Below, in pieces: positions 49,600 through 62,078 of a DNA stretch of 64,000 nucleotides. The notes under the pieces are model-generated. The model made no database searches, was not told the DNA's origin, and was given only the letters and a program-made list of their open reading frames with translations. Every line of letters starts with the position of its first letter. Positions within the stretch are counted from its first letter, which is position 1. This stretch comes from Lama glama (Eukaryota). The position numbers were made by a program, and so were the translations under genes. The DNA lies in assembly GCA_028534125.1 (NCBI GenBank), contig CM052817.1:87112001-87176000 (forward strand), read 5' to 3'.

Positions 49600-50600
49600 T
49601 TTGTACTCAAAGTGTTTTTCTTCAAAGACACAAATACACGCATAGTTGTATCTATAGTGAGATTGTTTCCTACTGCCTGATATTTGCATTTTATATATCT
49701 GTATCCCTACTGATGGATACTGGGTTGCCATGGCTTCTCCACCACTACCAAGGGAATTGGGATAAATATTTTTGTGTTTCCTTTCATGAACCTTATTCAT
49801 TCTACTCTGGGATATACATCCAGGTGTGGTATTGCTTGTGTATATCCTTTGTTCATTTTTCTATTTTTGTTCCTTGATTGGCAGGAATTATTTACATATA
49901 TTAAATATTATGTCCCAATTGTGCTTTTCACGAATCTCTTCTTCTAGGCAGTTATCTCTCTGTTAACCTGATTTTGCTTATCTTCCCTGCAAAGGCAATT
50001 TTAATTTAAGGTGAATAAATTCACAACTTCCTTACCATTTGTGTTACATGGGTCCTGTGTAAGAAGTACTTCGCTGTGACTAACTTGGATATGCTCAACA
50101 TTTTGTCCTTCAATTATATTTTTATTTAGTGTGTGATAAGGATGTAGCTTTATTTTTTTCTCTAAATAGTGATACAGGTTTCTCAAGATTAAAAATGAAA
50201 CATACTTTATTGATTGTGATGACCTCTTTGTCTTATATTAATTACCATATAAACATAGGTCATCTAGTATTTTTCTATTCTGAACTATTGATTTGTATCC
50301 TGTAATTTCTTACTATGTGCTAATATTTAGTAGGGTGAGCCCCCATCACTCTTTTTCTTTTTTCAAACTTTAATGATCTTTATTTTTTAAAATAAAAATT
50401 TTATTGGGGTTGCATTTAATTACTAGTTTAATATGAGGGGTGCATATCAGCCATTTAATCTATTAATATGTTAAATCTCTTTATGTATTCAGATCATTTT
50501 TAATAGAGTAATATGCTATATATTTACATAGTTAGTAGTTATAAAAATTTCCCTGATGATATTAAACATTCTTTTTGTAAATAAAAAATATAAAAACTTC
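49600..50600 (-). mobile_element. Old L1ME fragments
   Basis: Degenerate antisense ORF2 motifs, e.g. TAATATTTAGTAGGGTGAGCCCCCATCAC and TTATTGGGGTTGCATTTAATT. Confidence 0.55.
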
Positions 50601-51322
50601 AAATTCATTATGTTTTGTTAGTAATGCAATTACACAGAATAAAGTTCAGGAATTGGTCAATGATTGTCACTAGTATGTACTTCTTTGTGGCTTTTTAAAA
50701 TGTATTCTTCATGATTTAAATTTATTTATAGGCTAGCTGAATTTCATATATAGCTTTATAAGATGGATATAACAGCTCTTCCATCCGTAAAATTAATAAA
50801 AACATATCTTTCATGAAAGACACATAAAGAACATTTTAAAAGTTAAATTTATTAAATTTTCATGAATATAGAATATTCATGCATAGTCAACAAGAAAGAA
50901 AAGGGAAAATGCTTCATGAAATTCATGAGTAAAGTTTGAACTCAAATTGGGAAATGTACTGCCAATTTTCTTGATTAGCAATTTAAACCAATATTAAGTA
51001 TGAAAGGATATCAGGAGTCTACAATTAATGGATCTAATTGGAAAGATTTTTTTTATACATGATTTCACTTGATGCTAAACAATCCTTATTTCGTGAAGTA
51101 CATCAGGGCAGTTATTCTACACTCCTTCTGGGTTATGGAGGAAAAATAAATACATTTGAAAAAGTAGTATATCTTCAGGATATGTTATCTTATTTGTACA
51201 CAGGAAATATGTGCTCATAAATAAGCTGGCAGTTTTGTACGGAGTGTTCAGCATGTTTTTAAAGTCTTGCTTAAAAATTGGATGGTCAAAATTACCCTCA
51301 ATAAGAAACTGCCCTTAGACAG

Positions 51323-51817
51323 TTATTTTTTAATTGAAGTATAGTTGATTTACAATATTATATTAGCTTCAGGTGTAGAACATAATGATTCAATATTTTT
51401 ACAGGTTATATTCCATTTAATGTTATTACCAAATAATGGCTATGTTTCCCTGTGCTGTGCAATATATTCTTGTTGCTTATCTATTTTATACATAGTAGTT
51501 CGTATCTCTTAATCCTCTACCCTTATCTTGTTCTTCCCTCCTTTCCTTGTCCCTACAGGTAACCACTACCTTGTTCTCTGTATCTGTAAGTCTGTTTCTG
51601 TTTTGTTGTGATTTTGATTTGCATTTCCCTGATGATTAGTGATGTTGACCATCTTTTCATGTGCTTGTTGGCCATCTGTGTATCTTCTTTGTAAAAATGT
51701 CTATGCAGGTCTTCTGCCCATTTTTTAATTGGGTTGTTGGTTTTTTGATATTGAGTTGTAGGAGCTCTTTATATATTTTGAATGTTAACCTCTTGTTGGT
51801 CATATCACTTGCGAATA
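51323..51817 (-). mobile_element. L1 3' end with internal deletion (same family as 45140-46300)
   Basis: TTTTTAATTGAAGTATAGTTGATTTACAATATT terminus. Jumps at ~51605 from the 3'UTR to TTGTGATTTTGATTTGCATTTCCCTGATG. Confidence 0.9.
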
Positions 51818-53214
51818 AGATATTGCACATTCTTTGTTCAATTATTTCCTAAGATGTTAGAGCTTTCATTGCTATTTTGAGTTATATATGAATATTATGT
51901 TCTGTAATACAGTAAAACTCTATGGTAATGCACCAAATTCCAATCTAAGACATTAAGTGATTGGCTTTCATTTTACTTCTGTCAAACTCCATTTACAAAC
52001 AGGAGTAAGATAAAAATAATCATATGTATCATTTTTTATAAGAAAGAAGGGAATAAGAAAGAGATGGGACTGTCCCTAGAGAAATGTTAAGCTCTAGGGA
52101 ATTAGACAGTGTGTCCCTGAATCACCATTATTCTTCCTTCCAATTTTCCTGGATTTGGGTCAAAATATAGATAACTTTCGGGTGAATATTTCTCCAACTG
52201 CTGTTGTTCTTTGTTGGAAGGCTGACCATCAACAGCACCAAGAGTCATCCTTATCAAACTTGAAGCCAGAGCTGACAACTTTCTATTGATGATGTCAAGC
52301 CATTTAGACCAGGCAGCCGACTTCTTCCTGCTCAGATTGGGCCTTATTAACCTTATTACCTTATTAACTGGTAATAAGACAATATTGAGTTATATGCAAT
52401 TTATATTTTGTGCCCTATTTATCATACTCTGACAGGTCTTACTGCATTTTCTGACTGCTTATTGCTGGTAGGGAAAAATTCATGTTATTTTTGACCAAAT
52501 ATTGTCATATTCTCTCAACCACTTGAGTAGCTTATTGACTTTGTTAAGTTTTTCACAGTGGTGATCATCTTATTGTCAAATAATGGGAGTTCCATCTATT
52601 TCCTACTAATTCCTTTTTTCTATTAACTTATAGTTAATATTATTTTAAACAATAGAAGCAAGCTCAAAGATCTATGTGTTTTCCTTAAGATGGATATGTC
52701 CAAAGGTTTTCTATTAAGTGTTATGATGACTGAATATTTGGGAGATGAAATCATTATCAAACAATATATAGTTTCTCTTCCAAACGTTCTGAGATGCCTT
52801 TTTTTCTCACAAAGATGAATATAAATTTCCTCTGTAAATTGACAGCTTAACATTTGATTATAAATTCCTCTCTTGTGAGATAGTTTCTTGTGTGTTGAAT
52901 CCTTACAGTTCAATCACTCATAGATCAAGTTTTTCAAATATCAAAGTTTAAGAATATTTTAAGTCATAGTAATCAAATTAGGAGATAAATAGTGCATGAG
53001 TTTTCAGTTAAAATCAGTAAATATATTTTTAACTACCCTACATACAACAAGTAAATCCAAACTGCCTCAGAGTGTATACTTGCACATTTCATTTTGACTG
53101 AATCCATAAGAAATTGTTCTAAAAGTGAAGATATTACTGCATTCTTAATGCAAAGCTAAAATCAAACATGAATATGCAGGAAAATCCTTTTTGATTATTT
53201 ACCACAACTTGTGA

Positions 53215-53236
53215 TTAGTCACATGTATGTGACTAA
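53215..53236. repeat. Perfect 10-bp inverted repeat containing two AP-1-like sites
   Basis: TTAGTCACAT-gt-ATGTGACTAA. Confidence 0.8.
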
Positions 53237-53557
53237 CTGCATGTATTAAATTTTAAATATCTCCTGATAAAAAACATGTCTTTGATCTTAAAAATGATTT
53301 TTAACTGTGAGTGTTTTTATAAATGTACTTTTAAATGGCCTAATGAACCTTCTTATGAATGTCGATTGCAAATGCTCTGTTAAATGTCAATTTTTGAAGT
53401 TCATAAATACAGATTTTAAAATGTTCTTACAAATATCCCTATGATTTGGACTTACTGATCAGGAGAATAAAAATATTAAAATTGTACTTTATTAGATTTT
53501 TATCAAACTGTAGCTAATTATAAATCCTGCTGTGAAACAAACTCAGTGATATATGAT

Positions 53558-53560
<3 letters not shown>

Positions 53561-53597
<37 letters not shown>

Positions 53598-53607
53598 AGT
53601 GTGTGTG
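53561..53607. repeat. (TG)n microsatellite
   Basis: Direct reading. Confidence 0.95.
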
Positions 53608-54125
53608 AGCTTAGAATCTCCCTGGAAAGAAATGAATGCATAAAAAGTAAAATTTAAAATAATATAATGTGTACAATAAATATAAGATGAAACTGAAGAA
53701 GATAAATATGTATATGGATTTGAGAAAAAGAGCTAGTGGTTGTGCTGAATATTCACAAGATGAAAAATCAGAAAAGCGAATGACAGTTTGCAGTAGATGT
53801 AGTTAATTTTTATGCTTTCATATTGCATTAATCCAAAATTATCATAAAGCTTTATTAAGTATCTTTAATTATTTTTATCATAGAAACAAATTATTTTAAC
53901 TCTCACTGGTACTGGAGGACAGACAACCTCTTCTCTCTCTGTATAAATCATCCATTTATATGATTCCTAACTGAATTACATCAAATAATAAAATCTCAGC
54001 TTCATAGTCTTTCTCATGTGACTTTTTTTGTACTCAAGTATAATAGGAACATAACAAAAATGTGCTATTAACAACTCCCCTTGTGTTGACTTACAAATAT
54101 AAGCTCTTTATATTGATTCTTACAG

Positions 54126-54353
54126 ATGTTTTCCTGGCGGATTAGTGTTGCCCTCTTTGCTCTCTTTGACTTATTTTTCAAATTTGTGGTGCATTAAGCC
54201 TTGACCAGTGTAGCAAAATGGCAGCAGAAGCATCAACATCCCTGGTCGTTGCCTTCAAACTGTGTATCTTTGCGAAAAAGAATACAAGGCAGCTGTGGGA
54301 GGGGAGTGGTCCAAAACATACACAAAAGAGTGGATTAAGAAACACTTTTACCA
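54126..54353 (+). pseudogene. Candidate decayed exon J (best coding-like signal)
   Basis: tattgattcttacAG acceptor and CA|gtaact donor, 228 nt. Phase-2 frame: CFPGGLVLPSLLSLTYFSNLWCIKP*PV*QNGSRSINIPGRCLQTVYLCEKEYKAAVGGEWSKTYTKEWIKKHFY. GC/CpG-richer than flanks. Confidence 0.5.
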
Positions 54354-55296
54354 GTAACTTTCAAATAATAATGTCTATAGTCATAGGAAAATTGTGATCA
54401 CTGAGAACAATTTAAAAACACAGAGAGAGGCGTGGTGAATTTGTTCTACGTTTAGCAGCAGTACTTTTCACTGCTTTATTTTAACATCATCATGTAATAT
54501 ATAGCCTTAATAGTGAGAGGTGAATGCTTTTAAGCAGGGCCTTTTAGACATTACGACAAAGTTAGCAAGGTCACATCATTGTCAGTAAAGTTTCTAGAAT
54601 ATAGAAGCATTAATTGCTTTGGTAGATTTAAAAATAAAGTGATTTATTTGCTTTCCAGTTTCCTACCTGGATGTAGCTCAGTTATTAGCAGGTGTGGGCA
54701 CACTGTGCTCTAATCAAAATTTTCAAGCCATCTCTATTAAGAAGTGGGTAAAACAGAGTATTGAAATGCAGATTGCATTGATTTGCTCCAAGTTATTGCA
54801 AGGTAAGAGGAAACAGTTATCTTAGGGTAAATCAATATAATCTACATTAAAGTACATTGTCTCTTAGAGTGCCAGGAAATATTCAGTGATCTCCATTATA
54901 AAAGTGGCCATTGTGACCACCTTATGTTGTCAGTCCTTAAATTTATGTCCTTTGCACCTCAAGGTAAGCAAGATTTGTAAACTTTTTCACAACCTAAATT
55001 TAGCTCCCACTGAGCTTCCTCTCAGTGCTTCTAGTTTCTGGTCAGGTAGGGAATTGGTGTCTATTAATTATATCATAAATAAATACGAATAACTGAATTC
55101 TGAAGGTTATATCCTCAAAATATTAATGTCTTTCTATCACTTCTATACCAAAGCATATACCTTTATTATAATTTTGGTTTATTATGAAATCATGATTTTC
55201 ATAAATTTTGGCATCTCAAAAATAAATCTGTGTGTTTATTCTGATATTCTAAAAAGTCTCACTAGTGGTGCAGCTGACCCTTATCACTCTTTTTAG

Positions 55297-55384
55297 TAAA
55301 CCAAAGGAATGTTTAATCATTTCCCACAAAATATTAATTTATTTGTACAAATGAAAATGAACTGTATCAACTGTGGCTAGGAAA
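55297..55384 (+). pseudogene. Candidate decayed exon K
   Basis: gctgacccttatcactctttttAG (branch point plus pyrimidine tract) and AA|gtataa donor. Reads KPKECLIISHKIL then, after one frameshift, ICTNENELYQLWLGK. Confidence 0.35.
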
Positions 55385-56143
55385 GTATAAGACATCAAAG
55401 TCGAAACTATTTCATTCACGTACAACTGATTCTTTTACGTTATAAATGTATAGGACCAAGAACAAAACACAGGAAGTCTAGAATGGTTTTTGGTCTCTTC
55501 ATTGTGATGTATCATAAAAATTTCTGCATTTTTCAATTTACAAAACTTGCATAAGTTCTCAATAATTAAGAGACAAATTCATTTCCATATCACAAAATAT
55601 GATATTGAATGTTAAACAGAGAGGTGTGGAAAAAGAGAGGCCTTTGAGATCATGCCCATTACTTCTTGACTGAGGAGTGACTTTTGTTAGGCCTGTCCTG
55701 AGAATGGGGCTGAAATAAATTCTAGGTCTTCTAGAATATTTGAAAGTTTAAAACTGTGATGCTGTAAGTCCATAAGCATAAATATGTTGTAAAATTCTTA
55801 CAATTACAAATTTAGATCATTTGAAAAGTGACTCTAACCTAGATTTATTTTCAATTTTTGCTTGCAAATATGTATGCAAAATTGCTTAACAGTCAAGCTA
55901 AGCATTCCTGACCAAATGTGGTTTTGCATTTTTTCCTATATTCTCCATTTCACTTACTGTAGAACTCTTTATTAGCTGTCTAAGAGCCATCCTTCTCTTC
56001 TGATTTATTCATAGTACCTTTGTTTTAAAAATGAGCTCTCACATTACTCTGGGAAGTTGGGTCCCAAATAAATAACAGCTCTTCCAGTTCAATCATAGTA
56101 CATAACCTTATGCCCTTTCCCCCATGATTAGTTTAAGCATAAG

Positions 56144-56771
56144 TATTGCCGGTAGATGTAACTGGTGTTCCAAGTTCTTGTCCCATCCCAGAAAAAATTC
56201 ATAGACAAGATGTGGAGGCTAAGAAAGTAAAGTGAGGATTTATTAAGGGATGGATAGTATGCTGTCAAAGCTAGAGCAGGCAAGCTCAGGTGAGAGCGCT
56301 GCCCTGAGTTTCTTTGGCAAGTTTGTTACATAGGGCATAAAAATAAATAGGCGGAATATTCATTAGGGAGGGAAGGGTCTGGGGTCATATTCCCTGATTT
56401 TCATCCCCACTCCACCTTCTCAAAAGGAGGAGGGATTTTTGTCCTTATTTAGTCTGGATTGGAAGTGTCATGGCATCAGTGCATGATGGGTACTTCTAAA
56501 CTGCAAGGCTAATTTTATTGTAAGGAGGGCGCAGTGAGCAAAAGCTTATATTCGGACATTGGAGATTCCTGTCTTTTCCCACTTTCCTTTGTTGGCCTCA
56601 AGGCCACTTGTCACCCCCAAAGATGTGACCACTTAATCAGCCCAGAGATTCTTGCTTTTCTTTCTCTGCCCAGGGATCCCTGGTGCTTACGTGATGTGTG
56701 GTTTCCTGCATTTGGTCCGTGTCTCTCCTTTCTGCCCAATTCCTGCCATTTGGCCTATGCCTGCTCTAACG
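56144..56771 (-). mobile_element. Lineage-specific ERV1 solo LTR (copy 2)
   Basis: Perfect TSD TAAG at 56140-56143 and 56772-56775; antisense AATAAA (ATTTATT). Homologous to 47608-48246. Confidence 0.9.
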
Positions 56772-58869
56772 TAAGGATGTCATTAAATTCTGTTTTATTT
56801 TCTTTGTCATTAAATTCTAATCAATAGAATCTACTATAATATCTAATGAAATAATTTAGGAGAAAGTTTTCCTTCCAATACCAGAGAAATATATTAAGGA
56901 TAAATTGCTCATCTCATCTTTGACAAAGGAATTTGAGAAAGTAATGCCTGCAGTGTTTGCATCTACCTTGTGACCATGTGTTTAGAGAAAATGTACGAGC
57001 AATGGCAATGGAAAGATACAAAGACGGGGAGATTTTTGAGATCATCAGTGTATGTAGCTCTATATCAACCAATTGGAACCACTGGCTTTCAGATTAATTA
57101 CAAAGTAAGATAGTAAATTCATGTAATGTAAGATAATACATTGCCCCAAACTACATTTGTTGAGTATAATGTTGCACCCCAAAGTTTTCCAATTTACTGA
57201 AGTCCACTGATGTCCTGTACATTTTCTCTGAAAGATAAATTCACCATATTTACACATATTTCTGTCAGGGGAAACAATCGCCTCTTCAAGCAACTATAAA
57301 AAAGAATACAATGTAATACTTACTTACTCCTGTCATTTTAAGGATCTTTTCTTTTACTTTGAATCACAGGTGCATTAAGCCCACCACTTGCGGGCTTGTG
57401 AACATCTTTTTTTTTTTTTTACCATTTTTAGAATATTTTTCATTAGGTTGCCCTCTCTCCTGTATCATCAATCCTATAAATTAAATCTATTATTCTCTAG
57501 TATTTCCCAATTTAAAATAGAAATAAAAAGAACATCAAACTACTTCTATATTCTAGTTTTGTCCTATTTCTCTGTTCTTTATATGACAGAACTTATTCAA
57601 GGTTTTTTCACTACTTTTTTTTTTACACTGTTTTTTGCAGTCCTTCTCTCTCTCTCAACCCAATCTAGCCTGTTTTCTGATCCAACATTCCCCTTGCTTG
57701 AAAGGACATAATTTATTCTATGTTGAAAATCTCAATGGTCCCTCTGCCATTCTCCTTTTGTTTATCCAGTCAACAGCATCCCAAATAGACAATATCTTCC
57801 TTGTGCAAAACTTCCTCTCCGTTCATGTGACCCAAACATTTCTAGTTTTCCTCTTTAGATGTAGCTGTTCTTTGTAAGCTCCTCTTCTTAACTAATCTCA
57901 TAAATGTTGTTTTCTTACTAAAACCACTTTTCCTTCTTCACTCTATCAGAATTTCTCCCAAGTGATTTCATCTATTTCTGTGATTTATGTGTAATTTTTG
58001 TTGACCTAAAACAGACCCCCAGTTATTTCTTCAGCAAAGATGAATTTATTCCAGAGAATTGCAATTCAGTGTCTGCAACCATGGTGAGCCATGTGCAAGT
58101 CCACTCAGGGCAAAGGAAGAATGCTTTTAGAAAGGAGAAAAAGAAGTTAGGAGGACTGTAGTAAACAAAGAGTAAGCCCATGGCTTTTCATTGGCTGAGA
58201 CCTTGCCAGGAAAGAAGAGGAGGCTTTCTTCTTCCTGTTGCGCTCTGCGCTCTTTGTAGGGCATGAGAGCTCCCCCTTCTGGGTTCCCAATTCTGCTTAA
58301 TTGAGGGTTCTGCTTATTAATTTTTACATTTCTCCCATTTGATCTCTGAAAGCATCACTGATCAAGAGCCAGGTTTACTGGTTTCAGTGGCTTTTCGTCC
58401 CTCAGGGCCAGGAGGGAGCTTTCCTGGTGCAAAGCCTCACGTTGGAAGAAAGAACACAGATTGGAAACATATTGAGGTCACATACAAGTAACAAGGAGGG
58501 GTAAGAGGGAGGACCCTCAGGTACTTTTTTTTAATCTAAAGTCCATATGTTATCAAAATCATAGACATAACTGATTCAGTAGGGACAAATGATCAGTGTT
58601 TCCAGAATCATCTCTGGTACCTTCAGAGACACAACAAATAAAAGTTATCAAAGGGTTATTTAATTCGCCTGGTTGGCTACTTTATTGACTACTGTCAAAT
58701 TCTAGAATTATTTCCTGTGTTTGAGAGGAAGACATTCCAGCATGACACTTTTTGCTTCTTGAAGAGGTCTCAGTCTAATAAATGGATACGGGCAGAAGAA
58801 CAAAGGAGAAAAAGATGTGTACCTCTTAACAAGCCTAAACAGAAAGGAATGGGTTTAGAGACAGAAACT

Positions 58870-59090
58870 TCTTGAGGTTCATACTAGATCCCCACTATCT
58901 GAAGTGTACTGGTATCCAAGGCAGGGGCTGTTTTGGTAGGGTTAAGCACTGAGAATGTGGCTCCAGTGTCGATTAGGACTGGAGGAGACTCACCCCAAAT
59001 CTGGAGTCTCCAAGCTGATAAAGAGAGAGGACTGAGAAGGGCTCCCATCCTTACTTGGAGCTGTGAGGCAGGGAATAAGAAGGACATTGG
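58870..59090 (-). pseudogene. pro: Retroviral aspartic protease remnant
   Basis: VLIDTGATFSVLNP catalytic motif in ORF 58884-59087. Confidence 0.85.
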
Positions 59091-59099
59091 GAAAGCTGG

Positions 59100-60533
59100 T
59101 TAGAGGATTGAAGGTCCCTCAAGCACTTAAAATTGTAATAATCTTTTTTCCCAATGTCCTGACTCTTTGCAATAATAGCAGAAACTGGGAGGGTTTTGGT
59201 TTTGCTTAGGAACCTTCATTTCCAGGAGTTGAAGATTAAAATTTGTGGCCTTCTTCCTTTGAGATGATTCATCTACAGTGTGAGAGAACTGGTTTTCCAG
59301 ACTAATTAAATCTAGAGTGGACATAGTTTCCCATTATATCCTGATCCTTTTATTAGAAGGGAAAAATCCCAGTTCAACTCATTAATAAACAGAGTTAAGA
59401 GGTACTAAGATGAAATCAACATCTGAAGAAAGATCAGAATTTTCCTTAAAAAAATCTGAAGTCTATTGTGATAGTCATGAATAGATTCATTATATTTTTT
59501 CCTCCAGTCAATAAGCCGATACCTATTTTCCAAAGAACCCCAGGAATTGCTCAAGAAAGTTGCCTAGCGTTTCCCCAACCTTTTCATATAATACGTTAGT
59601 CAGCTGGTCTCTGGGTTTTATTTTTGGAGACCTTTCTAGATTTTCCCAATTAGTGTTTTTCATCCAATGCTGGGCCTGGCCCTCACTGACAACCATATGA
59701 ACTAGTTGATAAAAGTCAGAGAAACCAGGTCGATAAATCTGAATGATTATGTTAAATTCCTCAGCAAATCTGTGAGGATCTTTTGTTACAAGGGAAAGAC
59801 CTTGACTATGGCTTATAGTTCTGCTTTAATCCAGGGAGTATAAGAAATTAAGTATTTAGCCTTGGAATCTCAGAGGGCTTAATTTTAAAGGGACAGGCTC
59901 TGGCCAGTTCAAAGGAGAAAGAGGTAGGGTGGATTCAGAGAAAATGGGAAGTTTGGTGAGAGAATTAGTGTGGAGAATTGAGGGTATAGTGGAAGCATAG
60001 GTAGCATAGAAGAAAAGAGGAAGATAGCTCCAGAGGCAGAGTCTGGCCAGGAGATGCTGGGGGAGAGAGACAACATAAAGATAGCACCGGAGGAGGAGCC
60101 TGAGGCAAAGAAGTCAAAGAAGAGCCTGAGGCTGTGGGAGCTATTTTATCTCTTTTTAAACCTTTGTTTGCCTCAGTGAATCTTCAAATCTTATTTTGCA
60201 GAGAGGCAATTTGAGACTCCTGATTTACTTTGGGAAGCCTCAAAATACCAATCTATATAAACATTCCACTCACTTCTGGAAATTTTTAGCTATTATAGTC
60301 CAATTTGGTTTTAAGGAAGTTAAGTTTGGGGATATCAAAAGTTCTCAGTAATCACCTTTGATATGCCAAATTGTCTTTGGTCTGGCCTATCTATTTAGAT
60401 AGAAGTGCTCATGAGGAAGGACCATGATTTTTAAATGTAAAATTCACTGGAGTCCCTGTGTATGTGTGTGTGTGTATGTGTGTGTGTGGTTGTGGGTGTC
60501 ACCCTCAAAATACTTAGATAACTGGGATCTCAT
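59100..60533 (-). pseudogene. gag: Retroviral gag remnant (frameshifted)
   Basis: ATG at 60533 (MRSQLSK, degenerate myristoylation start), Pro/Ser-rich linker, nucleocapsid CYYCKESGHW. Confidence 0.8.
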
Positions 60534-61081
60534 TTCTCTAGAGATTTTTCTCTAGACTAAAAGAACAATTTCAAACAGCTAAACAGCTGACAGCTCAAAC
60601 AGCTCAATTCAAACAGCTTGCAATTCAAATAGTTCAAACAACCTGTTCTAAGAGAATGGCTGGTCCTGGAGGAGCCAAAGCCTTCTCAACCAGTTCCCAT
60701 AGAAGAGCCCCTATTCCAAAGAAATGGTCTGAAGGCTGAAAAACAGCACAGTTTTAGTGAAATAACCCCTGCTCCAGAAGGAATAGGCAGATGGATTCTC
60801 AGCCAGTTTCAGTTGAAACAGTCTGATCTCAAAATCAGACCAAAATGCTAAATTAATACTTGAATACAGGACAAGATCTTAACCAGGGAAGAAAAACCTT
60901 AAAATAGATCATGAATAAAGCCTGGGGAGCTTCAAACACAAAGAGGGCATAAGTTGGAGTCTAGGAGAAAGATGGACCTTAAAACCCAGGGTTGGCATGA
61001 GGAGTGAGGGACAATGGGCTGAATGGTGGCTACCACACATTTGCTCACCAGCCCTGGGGACTCTGGGGAGGTCTTCTCTGG

Positions 61082-61099
61082 TCCCCCTATGGGCCACCA
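61082..61099 (-). promoter_or_regulatory. Primer-binding site complementary to tRNA-Ile
   Basis: TGGTGGCCCATAGGGGGA, 3 nt after the 5'LTR, versus TGGTGGCCCGTACGGGGA expected for tRNA-Ile(AAU): 16/18 match. Confidence 0.8.
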
Positions 61100-61961
61100 G
61101 AATGTTGACCTGAAACAAACAGACTGCCAGATATTTCTCCAGTAAAGATGGGTCCAGACCAGCAGAGAACTGCAACTCAAGGTCTGCAATCATGGTGAGA
61201 CATGTGCAAGTTTTTGCATGGCAAGGGAAGGAGAATGCTTTTATAGAGAGGAAAATGATGTTAGGAGGGCTAGAGTAAATAAAGAGCCCATGGCTTTTCA
61301 TTGATTGAGTCCTTGTCAAGAGGAATCTATCTTTTACCTGTTGGGCTTTGCTGTCATCATAGGGTGTGAGAGCTTCCCCTTCTGGTCTCCCAATTCTCTT
61401 TTACTGAGGTTTCTGTTTACTTACTTATTTTTTTTTACATTTTTTATGACTCTAGTTGTTATTCCACACCAGAACTCTCCACTGAGCTCATAAGATGTCT
61501 ACCTTCTCAATCTCTCCATTTGCTTGATTTATAGTCATTTAAAATTCTAAAGCATACAAGCTAGAATTCAAGACATTAGAAACTGTAATTTTTCCTACAA
61601 TTATTATTATTATTATGATAATTTTTACTGATTTATCTTCCAGCTGCTTATACCATATAGCAGCATAAAGTTAGAAAACTCTGCTCGGTGGAAGAGAATT
61701 TTGCGGATGTAATGTGAAGTTGGGATGATGCTTTTTTCCTGATGAAAGTTAGGTTGGGCCAAAACTCTGTGGAAGCAGCATGTATGTCCTAGGTCTTCCT
61801 AGGGCAGTTAAGCATTTCTAAGTGAGAATGAACCCAGAGACGGAGAGAGCTACAGTTGATATTTTTGCAGAGCTCATTTCATGTTTAGAAACATTGGAAA
61901 ACTATGCAGTATCAAGTAGGAGTAGGAATTAAACCTCTAGAAATAAAGCCAGTGATTATTT

Positions 61962-62078
61962 ATTTTAAATAATTTATTTTTTATTTTAATTTTTTATGTC
62001 AGTACTGGGGATTGAACCCAGGACCCCATGCATGCTAAGCATGTGCTCTACCACCAAGCTATTTCCCTTCCTTGCCAT
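61962..62078 (-). mobile_element. tRNA-derived SINE, Vic-1-like (camelid)
   Basis: Minus strand TAGCTTGGTGGTAGAGCACATGCTTAGCATGCATGGGGTCCTGGGTTCAATCCCCAGTAC (A and B boxes) plus A-rich tail. 12-bp TSD CAGTGATTATTT at 61950-61961 and 62079-62090. Confidence 0.9.

Larger units (their letters stand above)
57999..61439 (-). mobile_element. Internally deleted ERV1 (gamma-like) provirus: 5'LTR 61103-61439, PBS-Ile, gag, pro, PPT, 3'LTR 57999-58328
   Basis: Two homologous TG..CA LTRs in the same orientation; TSD TTTT/TTTT; PPT AAATGGGAGAAA (58329-58340, minus strand); zinc-knuckle remnant CYYCKESGHW; protease LIDTGATFSVL. Confidence 0.92.
57620..61560 (+). mobile_element. L2 fragment interrupted by the ERV1 provirus (pieces ~57620-57998 and ~61440-61560)
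   Basis: TTCTCCCAAGTGATTTCATCTATTTCTGTGATTT before the provirus; ATGACTCTAG..CCAGAACTCTCCACTGAGCTC after it. Confidence 0.6.

Noticed and set aside
48547..54200. QGKNNGYMW|MFSW resembling class II CPD photolyase GKMHGYMRMYW (a gene lost in placentals)
   Set aside because: Spacing is off by one and the flanking conserved motifs (AKKILEW, DGRDPNG) are absent; treated as coincidence.
47608..56771. Two homologous LTRs ~8.5 kb apart as the ends of one full-length provirus
   Set aside because: Each LTR has its own TSD, there is no PBS or PPT, and the intervening DNA is old L2/MIR/L1 and unique sequence, not gag-pol-env.
62000..62070. tRNA-Ala gene
   Set aside because: It has an A-rich tail and TSDs and lacks a proper acceptor stem; it is a SINE.
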